DNA of 64,000 bases. Origin: Rubripirellula sp. Its GTDB lineage: Bacteria > Planctomycetota > Planctomycetia > Pirellulales > Pirellulaceae. The stretch is taken from positions 2,400,001-2,464,000 of the forward strand of contig OZ244207.1 in NCBI GenBank assembly GCA_965216875.1, written 5' to 3'. The notes beneath the pieces were generated by a model. That model was not told where the DNA came from. It saw only the letters and a list, made by a program, of their open reading frames with translations, and made no database searches. Within the stretch, counting starts at the first letter, position 1; every line of letters starts with the position of its first letter. Position numbers and translations under genes: made by a program. Of this stretch, positions 56,976 through 64,000 are shown one piece after another.

Positions 56976-58142
56976 TTAGCGTGGATTCTCGAACCAGATC
57001 ACGCCGTGGTTTCTGCGTTCTTCGCAGGTCAAGATGTCGAGGTCACCATCCCCGTCGAGATCGATCAGCTCGATGCGATCAAACTTGCCCCCCTCGGGGT
57101 GGCCGATCGGCGACCAATCACCTGGTCCGTTTGATAGCCACAGCCCAGGTTGTCTCGCATCGCTTCGAGCCGTGTTGGCAGTCATCACGAGCGCCGACGC
57201 CGAAAGCCGTGCGATTGCTTTTCCATGTGGCACGCCATCAGGATGCTCAAACCGCGTTTCATTCCAACCGTCTCGCCGTCGCGTGTATCGAAACCAAGCC
57301 GAGTTGCGTGTCGACACCAACAGTTCGCTAACCCGGTCGCTCGATTCCTCTTTGACCACATCAAGGAACATCACTTCGTATTCCTTTGCGCCGACGGCAT
57401 GCTCCAGCCACCGTCCCGTTGGATCTTCGGGTTGTTCCAGCCAATAGACACCGCGCAAACTTCCCTTGCGGTCGCTCAGCAGGACATCCTCGTCACCATC
57501 CCCATCCATGTCGACACAGCGGATCGACATGATCCACCCAGCGTCTCGCAACTGGATTGCCGACCATTTGTGTAGGTCCGCTCGATCGGACTCAGGCGGA
57601 AGCAACAACGTCACGGTGGCACCATTGTTCTTCGCACCGATCACCAGCCCTTCGCCGCCACCCTGAAGCCGAACGGGCGCGGCAAACATCCACTGCAGAT
57701 GACCGAGCATTGGAAAACCGGTCGTCTCCCAATTCTGTGGATCAAGAAGGTCCTTGTCGCCCGTCTGTTCGCCGACAAACCGGTGAACAAGAACCTTACG
57801 CGTGTTGCCCTCGTGACAACTGACAACATCGAGATTCCCGTCGCCATCAACATCGAAGGGCACGGCGTCTTCAGGCGACCGCGATTTGCCAACGGTGACG
57901 ACCGGCCACGGCTGTTTTGCTTTCTGGTGGCCAGGGTTGAGATAGAGTCGAACGATGCCCGATTCTTCCCAGCCACTGACGATGTCACTCAAGCCATCGC
58001 CATTGAAATCGGCCAGGCGGACGCCATCGGCGCCGCGTAGATCATCGGAGCTGTCGATCGCGTGCCGTTTCCACGGCGATTGAGCCGTACAGGTTGCGGC
58101 AGACAGAACGACCAATGAGGCGAGTGCGATGCGAAAGCTCAT
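56976..58142 (-). CDS. Secreted FG-GAP/VCBS repeat protein
   Basis: ADFNGDGLSDIV, DVDGDGNLDVV, DMDGDGDEDV, DLDGDGDLDIL; signal peptide. Confidence 0.88.
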   Translation of the reverse strand: MSFRIALASLVVLSAATCTAQSPWKRHAIDSSDDLRGADGVRLADFNGDGLSDIVSGWEESGIVRLYLNPGHQKAKQPWPVVTVGKSRSPEDAVPFDVDGDGNLDVVSCHEGNTRKVLVHRFVGEQTGDKDLLDPQNWETTGFPMLGHLQWMFAAPVRLQGGGEGLVIGAKNNGATVTLLLPPESDRADLHKWSAIQLRDAGWIMSIRCVDMDGDGDEDVLLSDRKGSLRGVYWLEQPEDPTGRWLEHAVGAKEYEVMFLDVVKEESSDRVSELLVSTRNSAWFRYTRRRDGWNETRFEHPDGVPHGKAIARLSASALVMTANTARSDARQPGLWLSNGPGDWSPIGHPEGGKFDRIELIDLDGDGDLDILTCEERRNHGVIWFENPR

Positions 58143-58188
58143 GAGCTTTCCTGGGCAGCGAGGTTTTGCGCCTCTAGAAGTTGCGCCC

Positions 58189-59205
58189 TTACAGGTTGCC
58201 AGGCTCGATCGTTCCAGTGACAACGCAGCTCGCTGACTTGTCGCCCGGTAAATCGGTCACAATCTTGATCTCTTGGGCGATTCGATCAGCACTCCCGTCG
58301 GCGCGGAAACGGAGCTTGACGAAATGAAGTTTCTTGCGTCCCAATGGTACTTCAAATTCAAAGCGATCGTCTGCACAAAGCACATCGGCCACTTCGAACG
58401 GCTCGTCAGCACGAACGATCAATCGTTTTTCAACCACACCATCAAGCTTGGTTGTCCCGAGACTCACCGCCGCAGGCGAAACACTGACCACTGGTCGAAT
58501 GCGACCTGAAATCGCCATTTCCGTGGTCGGAAAATCGCGGTCGTTGCTGATCAACGTCAACCGCTCGCGAATCTCCCCTTCCTTCATGTCTTCTTTCATA
58601 CGAACCGACATGCGGTAGCTTACCTTGCCCGCTGTTCGCTCTGCCGGATTCAATCGAACTTCCAACGAACTGCAATGACTGCGAACGTCCGTGATTTCCC
58701 AATTGCTGTTTCCGTTGTGAGTGATCACAACTTCGCGTTCACGTGATTGCCCTGCGGGGATCTCACCAAACGCCACTTCGGGTGGATCAAAGGTGATGTC
58801 GGTGCGGATGAATCCGCTGACCTTCAATTGCACTTCGGCGTAGTAGGGCTTGTCAAAGACAACGGTGATCGTCGCTGCTTTGGATCCAATGTGCGTGCTC
58901 GTGTTGAAGGTCGCCACGACAGCACCGGTCTCGTGTGTCTTCAGCGTCTTCTTGGTGATCGTGGGTGTCGTGCAACCACAGCTGGTACGCACTGCCGTGA
59001 TGTGAACATCTTCTTCGTACGGGTTGGTCAGCTCGAAGTGGTAGGCGCACTTCGTTCCACGCCCGACGGTTCGAAAGTCATGCGTCTTGACTTCGAACAT
59101 CTTCTGGGCCCACTCCTGGGCGGGAGCCTTTGTGGCCATCATCGAACCAACAAGTCCGAATGCCACCAACATGGTCAGTAGATCGCGTCGCAGGACGTTC
59201 GCCAT
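58189..59205 (-). CDS. DUF1573 domain protein
   Basis: WAQKMF, HDFRTV, VRTSCGCT; Ig-like repeats. Confidence 0.88.
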   Translation of the reverse strand: MANVLRRDLLTMLVAFGLVGSMMATKAPAQEWAQKMFEVKTHDFRTVGRGTKCAYHFELTNPYEEDVHITAVRTSCGCTTPTITKKTLKTHETGAVVATFNTSTHIGSKAATITVVFDKPYYAEVQLKVSGFIRTDITFDPPEVAFGEIPAGQSREREVVITHNGNSNWEITDVRSHCSSLEVRLNPAERTAGKVSYRMSVRMKEDMKEGEIRERLTLISNDRDFPTTEMAISGRIRPVVSVSPAAVSLGTTKLDGVVEKRLIVRADEPFEVADVLCADDRFEFEVPLGRKKLHFVKLRFRADGSADRIAQEIKIVTDLPGDKSASCVVTGTIEPGNL

Positions 59206-59329
59206 GATTTCCGTACCGATATGCGGGAGGTTGAATGAACAACGCAGGTAAGTTAGCAAAACTGGTTGGGTTTATACAGATGGAACGATTGCGGGGGTTT
59301 CCGCGGTTGTTCCAACGAAAACAGTCCCA

Positions 59330-59983
59330 TCAGCTACTAACGGTTTCGGCCAATGAGTCGAAATTTTCCAGTAATTCCGCCAAACGCTCCATCGGCAGAC
59401 CGACCACATTGCTCTCGCTACCCCCGTCGATCACGGCAAGCCAGTCATTACCGTCTTGGTAGCCAAAGGCACCCGCTTTCCCTTCCCAGAGCATGGAATC
59501 AAGGTATTCGTCGAGCATCGACTCGGACAATGCTTGCATTCTTAGTGACGTTCGCGTCACATCGACGCAGCACCGGTTTTGTGAGCGCGACCACAAACAG
59601 ACGCCGCTGTAGACGTCATGGTCTCGTCCGCTCAATCGCCTCAGGATCTGCTCGGCGTGGTCACGGTCAACCGGCTTGCCAAGGATTTGGGCGTCACACC
59701 AAGCGACGGTGTCGGCGGCGAGCACCAGTCCGCTATCAATTCTGGACACAACGTCCGCCGCCTTCCGAAAGGCATAGCGAGCCACCAATTCGGCGGCCGT
59801 TTCGTTGCTGCAAACCCCGCACTCGGCATCATCGCCGGCCGGTTTGATATCAAAGTCATATCCGGCCGCGCTCAGAAGTTGTGCGCGGCGGGGCGACGAG
59901 CTTGCCAGGATCAGCGGTTCGGTCGTTGGCAGATCCGCTTTCGGCAAGTTTTGCATCAGCGGCAGGTCATCTGAGAATTTCAT
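59330..59983 (-). CDS. maf: Maf-family nucleotide pyrophosphatase
   Basis: LILASSSPRR, LAADTV, ILGKP, GKAGAFGYQ, NVVGLP; start 59983 or 59956. Confidence 0.92.
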   Translation of the reverse strand: MKFSDDLPLMQNLPKADLPTTEPLILASSSPRRAQLLSAAGYDFDIKPAGDDAECGVCSNETAAELVARYAFRKAADVVSRIDSGLVLAADTVAWCDAQILGKPVDRDHAEQILRRLSGRDHDVYSGVCLWSRSQNRCCVDVTRTSLRMQALSESMLDEYLDSMLWEGKAGAFGYQDGNDWLAVIDGGSESNVVGLPMERLAELLENFDSLAETVSS

Positions 59984-59993
59984 CGCCCCGCAC

Positions 59994-60707
59994 CTAGCCG
60001 TTCCCGTTCTGTCCACCTTTTTCAGAATCCGGTGGTTCGTCCTGGGGCCCTGGATTTGGCGGAGCATCCTCGGGTGGTGGTGGCAAATCCTCCGTTCCCT
60101 GAGTTGGAGGCATCGGCTGAGGTTGTTCGGCAGGTGGTGCCTGACCAGCAGCTTGCGATTGTCGTTGTTCAAGCTGACGCACGGCACCGCGCAATGACTC
60201 GAGCAGCCGTGGGACTTGCCCGGCCGACACAAACACCCGTGCGCTGACCGCGGACTGTGGGAAGAAGCTCGTCAGGAAATCGAGACCAAATTCACTGGCT
60301 CCATGCCCAATCATCACCCCGTTGGCGTAAACGCCACTCAAGACATCATCGGGGAGTTTCAAGTCGTCGTAGATTTCCTGCGGACTCGGGCGCCGAGCCT
60401 GGTTTTGCGGCTGAGCCTGAGGGACGGGCGGATCGCCAAAACGACTGCGGTAGAGATCCAAGTTGGTATTGAGTGCATCGATAAACTGCGGCATGACTGG
60501 ATGCGGAATCACCACACGAGCCGCGACGCGGTGCGGACGCCCAATCGTTTGCAGGAAGTCGACAATGAATTCGCTCGGCCCCGTCATCACGATCGCACCG
60601 GTGCTGAAACAACCATCGGCAACATGATCGGGCACGCGTGCACGCAGCGCAGAGTTGCCTTCGTTGGGGTCTGGGCGATCTGGATTGGAATTGGGATCCG
60701 TCGACAT
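59994..60707 (-). CDS. Tandem DUF3467 domain protein
   Basis: Two repeats (GCFSTGAIV...EFIVDF; GVYANGVMI...EFGLDF) and a Pro-rich tail. Confidence 0.82.
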   Translation of the reverse strand: MSTDPNSNPDRPDPNEGNSALRARVPDHVADGCFSTGAIVMTGPSEFIVDFLQTIGRPHRVAARVVIPHPVMPQFIDALNTNLDLYRSRFGDPPVPQAQPQNQARRPSPQEIYDDLKLPDDVLSGVYANGVMIGHGASEFGLDFLTSFFPQSAVSARVFVSAGQVPRLLESLRGAVRQLEQRQSQAAGQAPPAEQPQPMPPTQGTEDLPPPPEDAPPNPGPQDEPPDSEKGGQNGNG

Positions 60708-60792
60708 TCGAAGTACAACCGAACTTGAAGGTTACATCTGTCAGGAGTGAGCGATCCGTATTCTAAGGGCGGACATCGAAAGCTACACCCCC

Positions 60793-60830
60793 CGGAGGAT
60801 CGAAGGTTCGACGGAGGATCGAAGGTTCGA
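60793..60830. repeat. 2 x 19-bp perfect tandem repeat
   Basis: cggaggatcgaaggttcga twice. Confidence 0.9.
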
Positions 60831-60928
60831 TGGCAGACCAATGAATCGGAGAGGAAACGCCATCGATTCACCCTATTGCCCTTCATATTGGATTCGCACG
60901 CTCCCAGCGATTCCAATCCGTGATGGCC

Positions 60929-62131
60929 CTACGGTTTGGTGACACCATGCGTCAGAAGTGGAAGACCGTAGTAGCACAGCCAAGAGCGCGGAGTCTCGGC
61001 GCGATTCATCGAGCGCACGATCGCTTTCAGGTTGGGAACGTCCGGCCAATGACTCAGCGCTACCTCGAACGTCCCCAAGAACGGCGTGTTGTTTTGAATG
61101 GCCCGCTGATCGCGAAAGTAGTAGTCACCGTTGATTCGAGCGTTTCGAAGCCGAAAGAAGTCGCTGTAAAAAGTGGCTGACGCCTCAAGCGACTCGCCAC
61201 TAGGCGCTTTCCAGTTCAACCAATCCTCGCCAGTCACGCGTGTCAGAACTTCGCCGGTGTAAAGCAACAACGTGAGCGACAGATGGCAATAGGTCAAACC
61301 GGCGCCCTGGTTGGTGCGACTTCGGTCTTGAATTTCGCCCTCATGAACCGGTTTGCCTCGGCGACCCCCATGCGGTGCATCGCCGGGCATCAAGATCAAA
61401 CCGGCGACGAGCTCTTTGTAGTCCTTCGGGTTCTCAGGTGAATCGAGCGCGAATTGAATCATTTCGTCATCACCAAGTGCGGCGCCGAAAATCACCAAGC
61501 CGAGCACGTGCGAAGCATGATGGTTCTGAAACGTTTGCCCGCCAAAATCGTCGTTCTCTTCCCAACGTCGAATCCCTTCCTTGACCACCAATGACAGTTG
61601 CCGGATCCAGGCGTCGATGCGCACTCGCTTGTCCTCGGTCAGCGACGGATGACCGGACAACAAATCGTATGCGGCGACAAACGGCAGCATGCCGCGCGCG
61701 ACATCCATCCCAGCATTCGGGTAGCGTATTGATGGATCGAACGTTGTTCCTGGAAGCGGTGATTGACTTGCCCATGAATCGATCACCGCGATCGCCTTTT
61801 CGCCAGCTTCGATGTCGCTTTCTAATTGCCAAGCGTAGGCCAACAACCGTGTCGCGATCCCATCCTGCTGTGCTGCTTGATGAAAACGCAGCGCATCAGG
61901 ACCTTGGTAGGGTGTTGGATCGAGTTCTTTCGCCGCTTTGATTTCGACTTGGGCCTTTTGCCAATACGAAAAGAAGGGTTCTTGCTTCGACTCGATCCGC
62001 GTTCGCGCTCGATGAATCTTTTCCTTGTCACATTCGATCCGCGGACTCGCCAAAGCCGCTCCCGGCTCAGCGGCTAACGCTGAAACCATCATCGCATTCA
62101 CAAAAAACACTGCCACGAAGAACGTTCTCAT
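60929..62131 (-). CDS. Secreted alginate-lyase-family protein
   Basis: Signal peptide; helical protein with LLAYAW...AIAVIDSWA, AAYDLL and QNHHASH; substrate unknown. Confidence 0.7.
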   Translation of the reverse strand: MRTFFVAVFFVNAMMVSALAAEPGAALASPRIECDKEKIHRARTRIESKQEPFFSYWQKAQVEIKAAKELDPTPYQGPDALRFHQAAQQDGIATRLLAYAWQLESDIEAGEKAIAVIDSWASQSPLPGTTFDPSIRYPNAGMDVARGMLPFVAAYDLLSGHPSLTEDKRVRIDAWIRQLSLVVKEGIRRWEENDDFGGQTFQNHHASHVLGLVIFGAALGDDEMIQFALDSPENPKDYKELVAGLILMPGDAPHGGRRGKPVHEGEIQDRSRTNQGAGLTYCHLSLTLLLYTGEVLTRVTGEDWLNWKAPSGESLEASATFYSDFFRLRNARINGDYYFRDQRAIQNNTPFLGTFEVALSHWPDVPNLKAIVRSMNRAETPRSWLCYYGLPLLTHGVTKP

Positions 62132-62322
62132 CTCTCGATCACCTTGCGACGCTTCGGCAAGTTACATGAGTTTCATTTGCTTGATGCTTCGAATTCGATG
62201 CAATAGAGTAGCATCCTTCGAGTGTCAGGCGGAGTGACACGACGGGGCGGACGACAACGATTTTCGCGTGAACGATCAAACAATCGATTCATTCAATAGC
62301 TCGATCGATGGAGGGATGTCCG

Positions 62323-64000
62323 TTGCCAAACAACGCTCGGATTCAACTGCTGATGTCACTTGGGATGCTGTTGGCGTCCGCCGCGATCACATGGGCCGAC
62401 GATTTGCCGATCGTTCCCGAGGGATTTACCGTTGATGTGGTCGCCAAAGAACCGACGGTCAGCAACCCCTGTGTGCTGGCATTCGATTCCTTGGGGCGTC
62501 TCTGCGTCGCGCAAGGTCCGCAGTGGCGCGGCCCGACGCCCGAGACTCCGGGCGATCGAATCGACATCCTGCTCGATCGCAATGGCGACGGCATCACCGA
62601 TGACGTCAAAACCTTTGCCAAAGGTTTCAATAGTGTGCAAGGAATCGCTTGGCATGGTGCCGACCTTTGGGTCGCCAATGCGCCTGATTTGACTGTGGTA
62701 CGAGACACCGATGGCGATGACACAGCGGATGTCTACATCAAGGTGTACACCGGATTGGGCAATCTCGAACATTCGCTTCACGGCCTGAACTTCGGTCCCG
62801 ACGGCAAACTCTACATGTCAAAAGGAAATTCCAAGGGCTATAACCGGCTCGACCAACTCGCCCCTAAAGCGTTCCGCGAACTTTGGGGGCTGGCGTCACC
62901 CGATGGCGCCCCCGACTACAGTCCAGTCGAATTCTTTACACGTGAGACCTACAAACGCGCCTATCACACGCCGCAGGACGACTGGGGACAGCAAGGTGGC
63001 ATCTTGCGATGTGATCCCTATTCGCCAAACGGTTCAGAAAACGAGATGGGGCGTCATCTCGAGATCGTCTCGCGCGGCTTTCGCAATCCGTGGGACATCT
63101 GTTTCGACGATGGGTTCGATTGGTTGGGGACTGATAACGACCAAACCTCAGGCGACAAGGTGTTCGCCCCTTTCTTTGGATCGCATTTCGGCTGGGGACA
63201 CCCGTGGAGCTTTGATTGGAAAGGGATCGGTCATCTCCCAACGGTCCCTATCAGCATGCCTCTTTACGAGGGTTCCGGCGCAGGTGTGATCCATTACAAC
63301 TCGGATCACTTTCCGCCCGAATACCGGAATGTGTTTTTCGTGAACGACTGGATGCGCCGCGAAGTCTATTTGTTCAAACCAGAATGGGACGGCGCGTTTC
63401 GACGACACAACAGCGGCGGTTTCCCTGGAGTGTTCGCCCACGCTGAAGGTGGCCGATCGTTACCGGCAAGCTCAGGACGCGTGTTCGAGCCGACCGACAT
63501 CGAGGTAGGCCCCGACGGAGCTCTCTACATTCTTAGCTGGGGACATGGCTACGGTGCGACGATCGAAAATGGCAAGCAAGTCGATGCCGGACGCGTCTAT
63601 CGAATCCGTCATGAAAAGAGCGACTTGCTTCCCTGGCGTGATGTGGACCGTCAACGACCTTACGAACAATGGAGTTTTCAAACACTGCTGACAGACTTGG
63701 GAGCGAGTGTCCCCGCCTGGCGCGTCAACGCGCAAAACGAATTCCTTCGACGCGGTACGGCGAGCGAAGCTTTCCTTGCCTCATCGCTCAAGCAGGATTT
63801 GACCAAAGCGCAGCGGACATGGGCCCTTTGGACACTCGGCCGTTTATCGCCAACGGCACTCCTTGAAGTCTTCGAATCACAAAACGATGACATCAACACC
63901 CACATCCAATGCCTGCGTATCCTTGCACAGCAAAAACCCGCCCTATTGGATCGATTGTTAGCTTGGGATTCGAAAAACGCGAGGCTCCGTCACGCGACCG
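62323..64000 (+). CDS. PVC-type membrane-bound dehydrogenase-domain protein (partial, runs off the window)
   Basis: Not in the ORF track. Manual translation: signal peptide, then VPEGFTVDVVAKEP...AFDSLGRL, DRNGDG, HGLNFGPDGKLY, GFRNPW, FEPTDIEVGPDGALY. TTG start after GGAGG, or ATG at 62308. Confidence 0.88.
   Translation, partial: MPNNARIQLLMSLGMLLASAAITWADDLPIVPEGFTVDVVAKEPTVSNPCVLAFDSLGRLCVAQGPQWRGPTPETPGDRIDILLDRNGDGITDDVKTFAKGFNSVQGIAWHGADLWVANAPDLTVVRDTDGDDTADVYIKVYTGLGNLEHSLHGLNFGPDGKLYMSKGNSKGYNRLDQLAPKAFRELWGLASPDGAPDYSPVEFFTRETYKRAYHTPQDDWGQQGGILRCDPYSPNGSENEMGRHLEIVSRGFRNPWDICFDDGFDWLGTDNDQTSGDKVFAPFFGSHFGWGHPWSFDWKGIGHLPTVPISMPLYEGSGAGVIHYNSDHFPPEYRNVFFVNDWMRREVYLFKPEWDGAFRRHNSGGFPGVFAHAEGGRSLPASSGRVFEPTDIEVGPDGALYILSWGHGYGATIENGKQVDAGRVYRIRHEKSDLLPWRDVDRQRPYEQWSFQTLLTDLGASVPAWRVNAQNEFLRRGTASEAFLASSLKQDLTKAQRTWALWTLGRLSPTALLEVFESQNDDINTHIQCLRILAQQKPALLDRLLAWDSKNARLRHAT

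Overview
A ~64 kb, mostly chromosomal core/accessory window. It looks like a Planctomycete (Pirellulaceae-like), inferred from DUF1501/PSD1-cytochrome genes, DUF1573, a PVC-type dehydrogenase, a sulfatase and large Ser/Thr kinases. Housekeeping content: rplY-pth-rpsF-ssb-rplI, tRNA-Leu(TAG), mqnB-mqnD, a UxaA-family dehydratase plus a D-2-hydroxyacid dehydrogenase, sucCD, head-to-head queE/queF, hemC, lgt, two phosphohexomutases, an RND pump and maf. There are also three adjacent outer-membrane barrels. I saw no integrase, transposase, rRNA or CRISPR array, but the intergenic DNA carries several REP/REPIN-like palindrome families, some nested. The most unusual items are: (1) a 222-aa orphan that appears to join a TIGR02996-like N-terminal module to a degenerate phage-terminase ATPase-like segment; (2) a receptor kinase with an internal signal-peptide-like segment followed by an 8-repeat domain; (3) a kinase fused to an Hsp70 domain lacking its catalytic motifs; (4) a cytoplasmic PLC/P1-nuclease-DUF4332 fusion; (5) a ~235-nt rod-shaped inverted-repeat element. 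All family calls come from motif recognition by eye; no searches were run.
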